The notes beneath the pieces were generated by a model. The model made no database searches. It was not told the DNA's origin and was given only the letters and a program-made list of their open reading frames with translations. A program made the position numbers and the translations under genes. DNA of 64,000 nt. Source: Brevinematales bacterium. Lineage in GTDB: Bacteria; Spirochaetota; Brevinematia; Brevinematales; JAOACQ01. Position 1 is the first letter of the stretch. The number at the start of each line of letters is the position of its first letter. The stretch is taken from NCBI GenBank assembly GCA_037479045.1, contig JBBFLL010000002.1, positions 2,347 through 66,346 of the forward strand, in the 5' to 3' direction. This document shows positions 45,370 to 56,568 of the stretch, piece by piece.

Positions 45370-46078
45370 ATTTTATACTATTGTAAAAAGCTGCAGCTAC
45401 TGCTCCTGCAAATGGAATAAGCCATAAATAAGCAATTCCTAAGGTTAATACACACAAAACAGCAAGTATACTAAAAATTATATAAAGCAAAAAGAGTTTT
45501 CCTTTGTTTCCCTTCATTATTTGAACGCTTTTCTTTATAGCCTCAAACCCAGATATTTCAGGTTCGTCAGCAATAATGAAAAATGTCATCGAATATGAAA
45601 ATGCAGCAATTATTGCGGGAATTAAAAGTAAATAACTTAACAAAATAAATATAATAAATGAAGTATCATTAAGTAGACTGTATAAATTTGACATATCACC
45701 AGTTATTAAACCACTGTTAACAACATAAACAACAATTAATATGGCAAAAGGAATTATAAATATTAATGACCACAAAAAAAGAAAAATAATAAAAAGAAGA
45801 TAAGCAACAAAACTTCTTGCAAAGTTTTGATTTGAAAATCCTTCAAATAACATATTGAAACTTACCTCTTCATTTCTTGTTAAGGAAATAAAGTATTTTG
45901 ATAGCCCTACTAATAGAGGACCCAAGACTATTAAGGTAACTATTGAACCCAATATTGGTATGAATGCTAAAATAATCAAGATTGCAAGAGATACAAGAGA
46001 TACCCCGATAGAAAGCAACCATTTTCCTTTAAGAGAACTGTTAGCAGTTTTCATTAAATCAGAAATTTTTACACTCAT
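45368..46078 (-). CDS. DUF975-family integral membrane protein
   Basis: SLKGKWLLSIGVSLV...LVGLSKYFISLTRNEEVSFNMLFEGFS is the DUF975 pattern. The start was chosen at MSVKIS (46078) because GAGGAGG precedes it. The ORF track start at 46093 lies within that SD. Confidence 0.75.
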   Translation of the reverse strand: MSVKISDLMKTANSSLKGKWLLSIGVSLVSLAILIILAFIPILGSIVTLIVLGPLLVGLSKYFISLTRNEEVSFNMLFEGFSNQNFARSFVAYLLFIIFLFLWSLIFIIPFAILIVVYVVNSGLITGDMSNLYSLLNDTSFIIFILLSYLLLIPAIIAAFSYSMTFFIIADEPEISGFEAIKKSVQIMKGNKGKLFLLYIIFSILAVLCVLTLGIAYLWLIPFAGAVAAAFYNSIK

Positions 46079-46200
46079 AATATTCCTCCTCAAACTTATT
46101 GTAACTAATTATTTTTTTTATTGCAAATATGTTATGAAAAATTTTCAATTTTATTCAACTAAAACTTGAATAAATTTTCAAACTCTAATATTATTTTTAT

Positions 46201-47079
46201 ATGTTTATTATTTTGTTGTTTTTGCCATGTTTGTTTTTTGCTGAAGTTAAGCCTGTTATAATCGTTGATGATTTTATAGAATCTACAAATTCTTATATAT
46301 CTCAAACGCATAATTTAATACTTGAAAATCTTAAAGGTTATGATATTTCAAATTTTGTGATTCAGCCTTTTGTTTATAAGGTTGAAAAAAATATTTATTT
46401 AAAAGCCAAAATATATACAAATAAATCCTTTATAAAAGAAGAAGAAGTTTATGTAAAACTTCCTATTTCAGAAGAAAAGTGGATTGTTGCTGTCAAAGAT
46501 TTAATTTTGAGACTAACAAATGAAACAAATACGCCGTATATCTCAAAAGAAGACAAAGAATTAAAAGAGAAAATCAATAGTTTTAGTGAGGAAGAGTTAA
46601 TAAATTTGATAAAAGAGTTGAGTAAAAATAAATCCTTACAGCTTGTAAGTATTTTTAATTTTGGATATTCATTTCCTATGAATATTGAAATAAGTTTTAT
46701 AAGCCTTTTTAAAACGTGGAGTTTTAGTGATTTTTTGTCTTTTGGATTTGGAACGAAAGTTTTAAAGGTTTATCCACTACTCCCTTATGAGACAAATTCT
46801 GCAATAACTATACTTCCGGTTGAAATTTATTTTCCATTATTTATAGATCAAAAATCAAAATATAATGACATAATTTTTAATTTTGAATGGGGCTGGTATA
46901 AAAACAACACAACAAATACAATAAAGTACAATGAAGATTTAACCTATATTGACTTAAGTATAAAATACTTACTTCCTTACACAATTTTAAAGGCAGGGAT
47001 TAATTATAACTATCTTCGTGATAAGGTACTTTTTTATGCTGGTGTAGATATCTATATTGGCAGATATGGAAAAGAATAA
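46201..47079 (+). CDS. Hypothetical exported protein (292 aa)
   Basis: Hydrophobic N-terminus MFIILLFLPCLFFA. The C-terminal half is rich in alternating aromatic/polar residues and may form a beta-barrel. No motif was recognised. Confidence 0.5.
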   Translation: MFIILLFLPCLFFAEVKPVIIVDDFIESTNSYISQTHNLILENLKGYDISNFVIQPFVYKVEKNIYLKAKIYTNKSFIKEEEVYVKLPISEEKWIVAVKDLILRLTNETNTPYISKEDKELKEKINSFSEEELINLIKELSKNKSLQLVSIFNFGYSFPMNIEISFISLFKTWSFSDFLSFGFGTKVLKVYPLLPYETNSAITILPVEIYFPLFIDQKSKYNDIIFNFEWGWYKNNTTNTIKYNEDLTYIDLSIKYLLPYTILKAGINYNYLRDKVLFYAGVDIYIGRYGKE

Positions 47080-47081
47080 GT

Positions 47082-47846
47082 TTATTTTACGTATAGCTTT
47101 CTGATCTTCATATAGTCATCTTTCTTTGAAGGATCGTAAACACAAAATTGGTTTTTACCAAGATATTTTGCTTCGTACAATGCATTATCAGCTTCCTGTT
47201 GTAATTTCTGATAATCTGATTCTATTTTTTTATCATCCAAGAATTTTTGTTCAACAAATTTGTAGGAAATAGATGAAATTCCTGCACTTACCGTTACCTT
47301 AAGTTTTTCTCCTTTATGTTCAATTTCAAGTTGTCTTATTCTATCCATAATCTTTGATACATAAACCTTTGCCCCTTCTATATCAGTTGCAGGAAGGATA
47401 ACATCAAACTCCTCTCCACCAAATCTTATAACGTAATCAGTAGGTCTTGAGCCGCTTTTCAAAATATCAGCTATCTCTACTAAAACTTTATCTCCTACAT
47501 CATGCCCGTATTTATTATTAAAATGTGAAAAGTTGTCTATGTCAAACCTTACAAAAGAGATATGATATAACATTTGCCTGAATCCGTCATAAAATATTCT
47601 TGAGGCTGTTTTAACTATATTGGTAAGATAGTCTCTTTTGAATTTTAAAAGGTTTGTTTTTTCATCTACGTTAACTTTTTGTTCAAGTAATTCATACTTA
47701 TCAAGAAGCGAAAAGTATTCAAGCTCAGATAGTCTTAAATTTTCTACAATATCATCATCAAGAACTCCAGCTTTAAAAAGACGAGTAATTATTTCAATGT
47801 TTCTCAATTGAAAGTCTTTAAGCTCAATGTTTTTATTTTTCTCCAT
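47082..47846 (-). CDS. GGDEF-domain diguanylate cyclase
   Basis: FDIDNFSHFNNKYGHDVGDKVL, RFGGEEFDVILP (GGEEF active site), and YEAKYLGKNQF are present. Confidence 0.88.
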   Translation of the reverse strand: MEKNKNIELKDFQLRNIEIITRLFKAGVLDDDIVENLRLSELEYFSLLDKYELLEQKVNVDEKTNLLKFKRDYLTNIVKTASRIFYDGFRQMLYHISFVRFDIDNFSHFNNKYGHDVGDKVLVEIADILKSGSRPTDYVIRFGGEEFDVILPATDIEGAKVYVSKIMDRIRQLEIEHKGEKLKVTVSAGISSISYKFVEQKFLDDKKIESDYQKLQQEADNALYEAKYLGKNQFCVYDPSKKDDYMKIRKLYVK

Positions 47847-47855
47847 ATAAAACCT

Positions 47856-48458
47856 CTATTTTACTAATGTAGAAAGTATTTTCTTTATTATGTTTTCAAC
47901 AGAAGTATTGTTTATAAAATCTTTATCTTCAAAAACATTCTCTATAGCTTTTTTTGCTTCAAACTCTGAATAACCAAGAACTTTCAAAGCCATAAGCACT
48001 TCTATTTTTTTCTTATCAAATTCGTTTACTACCTCTATTCTTTCAGATAGTTCAAGTTTTTTAATTTTATCGGATAGTTCAAGCACAATTCTTGAAGCAA
48101 GTTTAGCTCCTATTCCTTTTACACTTGAAAAAATTTTTTCATTCTCCATTACGATTGCCTTTCTTATATCATCAACTGATAATTCAGAGAGTATTCTTAA
48201 AGATTGTTTAACTCCAAGTCCATTAACAGTAAGCAATAGTTCAAAAACCTTTTTTTCATCCTGAGTAAGAAAGCCTACAAAATATGCCTCATCTTCCCTC
48301 AAAATGAATTTTACGAATATTTTTACTTTACTACCAATTTCTGGCAAAGAATTAAAAACCCTTGTAGGAATGAGAATTTCATAACCAACTCCATTGCAAT
48401 CAAGGATCAACAAATTTTCATCTTTTGAAACTAAAATTCCATTTAAAAAACTGAACAT
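47856..48458 (-). CDS. ruvA: Holliday junction helicase subunit RuvA
   Basis: MFSFLNGILV...GVGYEILIP start, HhH motifs (VNGLGVKQSLRIL, VKGIGAKLASRIVLEL), and domain III. Confidence 0.93.
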   Translation of the reverse strand: MFSFLNGILVSKDENLLILDCNGVGYEILIPTRVFNSLPEIGSKVKIFVKFILREDEAYFVGFLTQDEKKVFELLLTVNGLGVKQSLRILSELSVDDIRKAIVMENEKIFSSVKGIGAKLASRIVLELSDKIKKLELSERIEVVNEFDKKKIEVLMALKVLGYSEFEAKKAIENVFEDKDFINNTSVENIIKKILSTLVK

Positions 48459-48488
48459 AGTTTATTATCCAATGAATAAAATTTTGTG

Positions 48489-49727
48489 TCAACGAAATTT
48501 TATTTCTATAAAATTTTCAAATTTAAGAACAATCAAAACAAATAGTCCACTTAAACCAACTAAATTAGCGACACTTTGAAGGTCTTTTGAAAACAAAGAA
48601 ATACCTACAATCTGGATTATTATAGCTATAAAGATTGAAATATCATATATCTTTTTCTTTGAAATAACATAATAATTTACAAGATAGGTTATATAAGCAA
48701 ATGGAATATATACGATTGAGTAATATGGGAGTAATTTTTCAAAGCCTGAATATTGTCCTTTAAGAATATAGCTTGAAATAAATGGTGAGAAAATAAATAC
48801 CAATCCTATAAATCCACAAAGGAAAATTGTTAAAAATAAAAGGGCAAGTCTATTTGCTTTTTTCATATCTTCAGATTTTGATAGAACTGGCAAAAAAACT
48901 GTGGAAATCGATAATGCTATATAAAATGAGGCTTTTCCTATAACGCTTACTGAAGAATAAATCCCGGATAGCTCAGGTAATTTTGACCTTACAATTATTG
49001 AATCAATGTTGGATAAGATTGTGAATCCACTTATTGCAGGAAAGCTATGAACAAAAGAAGTAAAAAATTTTTTAGTTTCAAATTTTTGGTTTTCTATTTT
49101 AATTTTCTTTTTTTTACAAAAAAATTCAAAGAGAAGTAGTAAAATAGTAAAAATATTTCCAGCTATGAAAGCGAAAATAGTCCCTAAATAGTTATTGGTT
49201 ATATAAACAATTAGAAATCCAGTGATTAGTTTTACAATTGTTGGAAAAATCTGTATTATTGAAAGATAGATGAAATTTTCCCTTGCCTGTAAATAGGCGA
49301 TGAAAACGCAGATGAAGAAAGGGAAAAGGGTCATTATGATAAGATAGATAAAATCTTCTGTTTTTTCGATTTTTAAAAAAGTTTTCAGTAATGGTAAAAA
49401 AATTAAATAAATAATTAAAAGTAAAATTGATAGAATAAATAACCATTTAAAGGCATTTTTTATGTAATTTAATGCTTCATTTTCTTTATCTTTATGAACA
49501 AGTATTGATAATTCTCTTGTTATGAAAAATTGAAATGTATTTGGAATGAGTGTTATAAAAAGTGAAAGAATGATAAGAGGGTATATAACTCCATACTTTT
49601 CTGGTCCAAGCATTCTTTGCATAAGTATATGAAATATGAAATTAAGCCCGCCCACCAAAAAATTTGTAAATGACATAAGTGATGAATTAAAAAATTCCTT
49701 TTTACGAAATATTCTTAATATACTCAT
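48489..49727 (-). CDS. Polysaccharide/lipid flippase (MOP/Wzx-like), polytopic membrane protein
   Basis: 412 aa with ~12 hydrophobic segments. The N-terminus has the typical ...F..N.L..GLNFIFHILMQRMLGPEKYG pattern. Confidence 0.65.
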   Translation of the reverse strand: MSILRIFRKKEFFNSSLMSFTNFLVGGLNFIFHILMQRMLGPEKYGVIYPLIILSLFITLIPNTFQFFITRELSILVHKDKENEALNYIKNAFKWLFILSILLLIIYLIFLPLLKTFLKIEKTEDFIYLIIMTLFPFFICVFIAYLQARENFIYLSIIQIFPTIVKLITGFLIVYITNNYLGTIFAFIAGNIFTILLLLFEFFCKKKKIKIENQKFETKKFFTSFVHSFPAISGFTILSNIDSIIVRSKLPELSGIYSSVSVIGKASFYIALSISTVFLPVLSKSEDMKKANRLALLFLTIFLCGFIGLVFIFSPFISSYILKGQYSGFEKLLPYYSIVYIPFAYITYLVNYYVISKKKIYDISIFIAIIIQIVGISLFSKDLQSVANLVGLSGLFVLIVLKFENFIEIKFR

Positions 49728-51868
49728 CTGATAACCTTAATCTTTGAAATATCATTTTTTGATAACATCTGGATGCCAAAATTTTCAAAATTTACTTTAA
49801 GAAGATTTGAGCTTGCGAATTTAACTTCACCTTCTCCAAAGGAAGAGTGAAAAATTTTCATTCCACTTGTAAGTTCACTATAATCGGTTATCTCAGACAT
49901 AGTTTTATTTTTATTTTCTGGTAATTTTTGTCTTGAATATTGTTTTATTTTAACATATTCTATCAATTCATCAGGTATGTCGTTAAGAAATGGAGAAGGA
50001 AAACATTCCCTTATTTCTCCAAATGAGAGTCTTGTGTCAGAATATGATATAAACAATTTCTCTTTCGCTCTTGTTATAGCAACATAAAACAGCCTTCTTT
50101 CTTCATTCATTTCCTGAACAGAAGTTGTTGCAGATGAATGTGGTATAAGACCGTCAATTGTTCCTACAATGAAAACAACTGGAAACTCAAGTCCCTTAGC
50201 ATTATGAATTGTCATAAGAGAAACATAATTTCTCTCTTCATCGCTACCAATTTCATCAGAACTACTTTGAAGTGTTATATCATTTATGTAATCTACTATT
50301 GTAACTTCTTTTTTGCTACCTTCATATAATTTTATTGAGTTAATGAGTTCTTCTACATTTTCCCATCTTTCTTCTGGATTTTCTTCATACTTATGAAGAT
50401 AATCTTTGTAGTCAATTACATCAAGAAGAATCTTTACAAAATTTGCGGGTGAAATTTTATCTTTATTCTCACTCAGTTCTGAAATTATTTCTCCAAGATT
50501 ATGTAAACTATCAATAACAGCCTTATTTACTCTTTCGAGCTGATATTTACCAAGAAGTATATCAATTAAGCCAAAACCTTCATTGTAGAGGTTTCTTATC
50601 TTGTTGATAGTAGCTTCCCCTACTCCTCTTTTTGGCACATCAATTATTCGCTCAAAGGAAGCCCAGTCTTCTGGATTAACTATAAATTTTATATAGGAAA
50701 GAATATCTTTTATTTCTTTTCTTGCATAAAATTTTAATCCACCAAAAACCCTATAAGGAATATTTTTGTATAATAATTCTTCTTCTATTATTCTTGATTG
50801 TGCATTTGTTCTATAGAAAACAGCAAAATCTTTATAGTCATATTTTCCAAGTAAATTATCTATTGTTTCAACAACCCATCTTGCTTCTTCTTTATCTGTG
50901 TATGCATCGTAAATTTTTATTTTTTCACCACCTTTTTTCTCAGTCCAGAGTTTTTTTTCCATTCTGTCATAGATTTTTTCTACTACTTTGTTGGCTGCTT
51001 CAAGTATGATAGAAGTTGATCTATAATTTTGTTCAAGAGGAATTATTTTTGCATTATATCTTTCTTTAAAGTCATAAATATTTTTAATTTGTGCTCCACG
51101 CCAGCTATATATTGACTGATCATCATCTCCAACTACACAGATGTTTTTATTTTTTTCTGCTAAGAGTTTTACCAATTCATACTGAGAAACATTGGTGTCC
51201 TGAAATTCATCTATCATTATATAATGCCAGAGGTTCTGATACTTATCAAGTAAATTTTGATTTTCTTTTAAAATTTTATATGGAAGGATTATTAAATCGG
51301 AAAAATCAAGGGCTTTGCTTTTTCTTAACCTTTTTTCATATTCTTCATAGACTTTTGCGGCAACTTCATCAAAATTGGAATGTATGGATTTTTTGAATTC
51401 ATCAATACTTATATTATCATCTTTTAAAGATGAAATTTTGTTAAGAATAGAAGACGGAGAAAATTTTTCTTTACTATAGTTAAAATCTTTAAGTATTGCT
51501 GATATTAAAGCCTTTGAATCATTATCATCATAAACAACAAAATCTTTAGGATACGAAATATATTCTGGATTCTGTCTTAAAATCATAAGACCTGTTGAAT
51601 GAAAAGTTCTGATCCATACATTTGACAAGTCATATCCAACAAGTTTAGATATCCTCTCTTTCATTTCATAAGCAGCTTTGTTTGTAAAGGTCACGGAAAG
51701 AATATTAAATGGTTTAACCTTTTTTTCTCTCAAAATATAAGCAAATCTATGAGTTATAACCCTTGTTTTACCTGAGCCAGCTCCAGCAAGAACGAGTAAG
51801 GCTCCATCTGTATGTAAAACAGCTTCCTTTTGCTTTTCATTGAGAGGTGCAAGAATTGGGTCAGACAT
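49724..51868 (-). CDS. pcrA: UvrD/PcrA-type ATP-dependent DNA helicase
   Basis: LNEKQKEAV, AGAGSGKTRVITHR, IMIDEFQDTN, NYRST and LMTIHNAKGLEFPVVF are present. Confidence 0.93.
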   Translation of the reverse strand: MSDPILAPLNEKQKEAVLHTDGALLVLAGAGSGKTRVITHRFAYILREKKVKPFNILSVTFTNKAAYEMKERISKLVGYDLSNVWIRTFHSTGLMILRQNPEYISYPKDFVVYDDNDSKALISAILKDFNYSKEKFSPSSILNKISSLKDDNISIDEFKKSIHSNFDEVAAKVYEEYEKRLRKSKALDFSDLIILPYKILKENQNLLDKYQNLWHYIMIDEFQDTNVSQYELVKLLAEKNKNICVVGDDDQSIYSWRGAQIKNIYDFKERYNAKIIPLEQNYRSTSIILEAANKVVEKIYDRMEKKLWTEKKGGEKIKIYDAYTDKEEARWVVETIDNLLGKYDYKDFAVFYRTNAQSRIIEEELLYKNIPYRVFGGLKFYARKEIKDILSYIKFIVNPEDWASFERIIDVPKRGVGEATINKIRNLYNEGFGLIDILLGKYQLERVNKAVIDSLHNLGEIISELSENKDKISPANFVKILLDVIDYKDYLHKYEENPEERWENVEELINSIKLYEGSKKEVTIVDYINDITLQSSSDEIGSDEERNYVSLMTIHNAKGLEFPVVFIVGTIDGLIPHSSATTSVQEMNEERRLFYVAITRAKEKLFISYSDTRLSFGEIRECFPSPFLNDIPDELIEYVKIKQYSRQKLPENKNKTMSEITDYSELTSGMKIFHSSFGEGEVKFASSNLLKVNFENFGIQMLSKNDISKIKVIR

Positions 51869-51883
51869 AAAAATTCCTTTTTA

Positions 51884-51914
51884 GAAAAATAGTGGTGGGT
51901 AGAAACCCACCACT
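51884..51914 (-). terminator. Intrinsic terminator after eno
   Basis: AGTGGTGGGT-AGAA-ACCCACCACT forms a 10-bp stem (51891-51914). It is followed on the minus strand by ATTTTTC. Confidence 0.8.
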
Positions 51915-51921
51915 TAATCAT

Positions 51922-53271
<1,350 letters not shown>

Positions 53272-53665
53272 TTATAAAAAAGTCAATTTAAGTTTACAAA
53301 AGATATTAAGTTCAATTTTTTTTCTTAATTGCTTTTTTTTAGGTATTTTAAAATATTTAAGGTTTTAAAATTTTAAAAAAAATTGCTAAAGAATTTACTG
53401 GAATATTAAAAAGTTAAAAGTGGATAAATTAATATAGTGTTTTAAAATTATTTATCTTTATTAAAATAAGGATCAGATTTTAACCTTATGTTTTGGTTGG
53501 TGGTGTATGCCATTTGGCTTAATATTAACCCCTATGTATGTAATTCACAATATTAAAGAAAAGAAAAAAATTGGTAAAGTTGATGAAAGATTAAGAGACT
53601 GGGTGATTGATAATATAAAATTAGTCAAAAACAAATTAAATATAGAGAAAGTTAATTAATATAAG

Positions 53666-54154
53666 TTAAAACCTGAAAGTCATCCCAATTCTTATTGGTA
53701 AAAGTGGAATTAGAACTTGGGCACTACTAAAGAAATCAAATTCTATACCACTTTCTATAAAAATTTTACAGCTTTCAACTGGTAAAAAATTTAATCTTGA
53801 TATTGCTTGTAAGCCATATAAATTATTATCGTCACTAGAACCTGCATAATATGTTCCAAGATTAACGAGAAAAATTGTTTCAATAGAAAATTGTTTATTC
53901 CTAAAATAATATTCTTTTCCAGCTCCAAAACTTCCATAAAATAGAAAACCTGGTCCAATAGCTAAATCGCAGCCAAAATAAAATTTTATATCGTTTGAGG
54001 TATAAAAATCTATCATTGGAGATATACAAATTCCATCATAACCCATAGTAGATAAAAACATTCCACCCCTTAACATTGATAATTCTAGTTTTTTTTCTTC
54101 GCTGAAAATAAAATTGACTGAAAAAATAATAGATAAAATTATTATTTTCTTCAT
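53666..54154 (-). CDS. Small outer-membrane beta-barrel-like protein
   Basis: Signal MKKIIILSIIFSVNFIFS, alternating-pattern strands, and a C-terminal ...RIGMTFRF with terminal Phe (OMP sorting signature). SD AAAGGAGGAA lies upstream. Confidence 0.6.
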   Translation of the reverse strand: MKKIIILSIIFSVNFIFSEEKKLELSMLRGGMFLSTMGYDGICISPMIDFYTSNDIKFYFGCDLAIGPGFLFYGSFGAGKEYYFRNKQFSIETIFLVNLGTYYAGSSDDNNLYGLQAISRLNFLPVESCKIFIESGIEFDFFSSAQVLIPLLPIRIGMTFRF

Positions 54155-54328
54155 AAAAAATTCCTCCTTTTATAGTATTAAAAAACACAAAAATATTATC
54201 TTTTTTATAAAAAAAATGTCAATAGACAAATGTCATAATTTTTTTAAATTAAGTTAAAATAACAGTTGACTTTATTTCAGATGGGTTTAAAATAAAAGAG
54301 ATTTTAAATTTTAAGGTCGGGTTTGTAA

Positions 54329-54724
54329 ATGAAAATCTTAAATAAAATGAAAGAGTATGCAAAAAACCTTAAGAAAGAAATTACAGCAATTTATTATGCT
54401 TATCAGGATCATGAAATTGGTTTATTGCCAAAGATAATTATATTTTTGACTATTGCTTATGCTACAAGTCCAATAGATTTAATTCCAGATTTTATTCCAA
54501 TTTTGGGTTATCTTGATGATTTAATTATTGTTCCTGCCTTGATTACTCTTTCTATAAAATTAATTCCAGAAAAAGTTATGAATAGAGCTAAAGAAAAAGC
54601 ATTGAAAGAACCATTGACGTTAAAGAAAAATTGGTTTTTTGCTGTTTTATTTATTTTAATCTGGATTATTTTGATTACATTTATATTATTGAAACTTATA
54701 AATATTTTCAAAATAAATAGTTAA
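54329..54724 (+). CDS. DUF1232/YkvA-family membrane protein
   Basis: YATSPIDLIPDFIPILGYLDDLIIVP is the DUF1232 signature. Confidence 0.8.
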   Translation: MKILNKMKEYAKNLKKEITAIYYAYQDHEIGLLPKIIIFLTIAYATSPIDLIPDFIPILGYLDDLIIVPALITLSIKLIPEKVMNRAKEKALKEPLTLKKNWFFAVLFILIWIILITFILLKLINIFKINS

Positions 54725-54735
54725 GGAAGTGAATT

Positions 54736-56559
54736 ATGAGTAGAAAAATTTTATTTTTTTTAATCTACTTATATGGATTATCTTTTTCTTTGGACAGAAG
54801 TGTAGAAAAAATTCTAAAAGAAATGTCAATTGAAGACAAGATTGGTCAAATGATACTTGTTGAGGCTGAAAATCTAACAAATAAAAGTGATATTAAAAAT
54901 TATAGAGTTGGTGGGGTTTTCTTTGGTGAAAATGCTTTTCCAAACCCAAATATTCCATCGAAGTGGATAGAAGTAATAACGGAATTTCAAAATATTGCAA
55001 AAACTACAAAAATGAAAATTCCACTTTTTGTAGGGGCACATATTTATCATGGTAATAATAAAGTTTTAAACAGTGTTATTTTTCCCCATAACATAGGGAT
55101 TGGAGCAACTTTTGAACCTGAAGTGGCTGAGAAAGTTGGTCTTATAACGGCAATGGAAACCTTGCCTATAGGTATAAACCTTGCATTTTTACCTTCACTT
55201 TCCTTACCGATTGATTTAAGGTGGGGACAAATTTATGAAACATATTCTGAAAATCCTGATATGGTTGGATTATTTATAAAAAGTTTACTTAAGGGTTTAC
55301 AAAAAGAAAATATAAGTAATAAATACTCTCTACTTGCGTGTGTAAGAGGTTATCCCGGTGAAGGTGGTTTAAAGAATGGAATTTATAATGGAAATATAGA
55401 AGTTTCAACAAATGAACTTCTGAATATTCATGTAAAACCTTTTAAAGTGGCAATAGAGAATGGAGTAAAAGCTATAATGTTGTCTTATGCAAGTTATAAT
55501 GGTATGGAAGTGCATGGTAATAACTTTCTTGTAGAGAAAGTATTAAGAGAACAACTTGGATTTGAAGGGGTTATTGTATCAGAACAGAATGCTTTTTATG
55601 AGCTTGACGGTGATTATGAAGAACAGCTTAAGACAGCCATTGATACTGGAATAGATATTTTCTTAATTTCTCATGAATACAAAAAATTTTTTAATACAAT
55701 GCTTAAAATGATTAAGGAGAAAAAAATTTCAGAAGAAAGGATAAACATTTCTGTAAGAAGAATATTGAAACTTAAAAGTGAATATAATCTTTTTTCAAAA
55801 TCTGATCTTTCCGTCTATTCAAAAGATGTTGTTAAAATTGGAAGTAAAGAACATCGAGAGGTTGCAAGAGAAGTCGTGCGAAAAAGTATTGTTTTATTAA
55901 AGAATAGTGGAATTTTGCCTTTAACGAATAGTTACAAAAGAATCCTTGTCTGTGGTAAGAATGCAAATGATGTAGGAAATCAGTGTGGTGGGTGGACAAT
56001 ATACAAAAATGGAAGCTGGCAAAGATTTTTACATATTACAAATGGTATGATTACAAAAGGAACATCAATATACAATTCTCTTAAAGAGAGATTTAAGGAA
56101 GCTGAAATTATTTACCAAAAAGAGCCACCGTATTTAAAAAAAGGAGAATACGATTTAGCTATAGCTGTTATTGGGGAAAGACCATATGCTGAGAAAGTTG
56201 GTTTTAGAAAAACTTTGACACTTGACTATGAGGATTTTCTTACACCTGACATTCAGGTGCTTGAGTATAGAGACACGAGGGTGATTAGAAAGATAAAGCA
56301 AGCAAAAATCCCTTTGATTGTTATCTATATTGGAGGGAGACCTTTGATTTTGACTGATATTGTTAAAAAAAGTGATGCATTTTTAGTGGCATGGCTACCG
56401 GGAACAGAGGGAGATGGTGTAGTTGATGTTTTACTTGGAAAATACTCTCCAACAGGTAAATTGCCATTAAGATGGCCAGCAAACAGCTTTCAAAATCCTA
56501 TTAAGCTGGACAAGAAACAACGTTCACTTTATCCTTATGGGTATGGTTTAACGTATTAA
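54736..56559 (+). CDS. Glycoside hydrolase family 3 (beta-glucosidase/hexosaminidase-like), secreted
   Basis: Signal peptide, KIGQMILVE, and a two-domain length of 607 aa. GGWTI, VAWLPGTEGDG and LYPYGYGL are typical GH3 elements. Confidence 0.85.
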   Translation: MSRKILFFLIYLYGLSFSLDRSVEKILKEMSIEDKIGQMILVEAENLTNKSDIKNYRVGGVFFGENAFPNPNIPSKWIEVITEFQNIAKTTKMKIPLFVGAHIYHGNNKVLNSVIFPHNIGIGATFEPEVAEKVGLITAMETLPIGINLAFLPSLSLPIDLRWGQIYETYSENPDMVGLFIKSLLKGLQKENISNKYSLLACVRGYPGEGGLKNGIYNGNIEVSTNELLNIHVKPFKVAIENGVKAIMLSYASYNGMEVHGNNFLVEKVLREQLGFEGVIVSEQNAFYELDGDYEEQLKTAIDTGIDIFLISHEYKKFFNTMLKMIKEKKISEERINISVRRILKLKSEYNLFSKSDLSVYSKDVVKIGSKEHREVAREVVRKSIVLLKNSGILPLTNSYKRILVCGKNANDVGNQCGGWTIYKNGSWQRFLHITNGMITKGTSIYNSLKERFKEAEIIYQKEPPYLKKGEYDLAIAVIGERPYAEKVGFRKTLTLDYEDFLTPDIQVLEYRDTRVIRKIKQAKIPLIVIYIGGRPLILTDIVKKSDAFLVAWLPGTEGDGVVDVLLGKYSPTGKLPLRWPANSFQNPIKLDKKQRSLYPYGYGLTY

Positions 56560-56568
56560 AGGTCTCTA

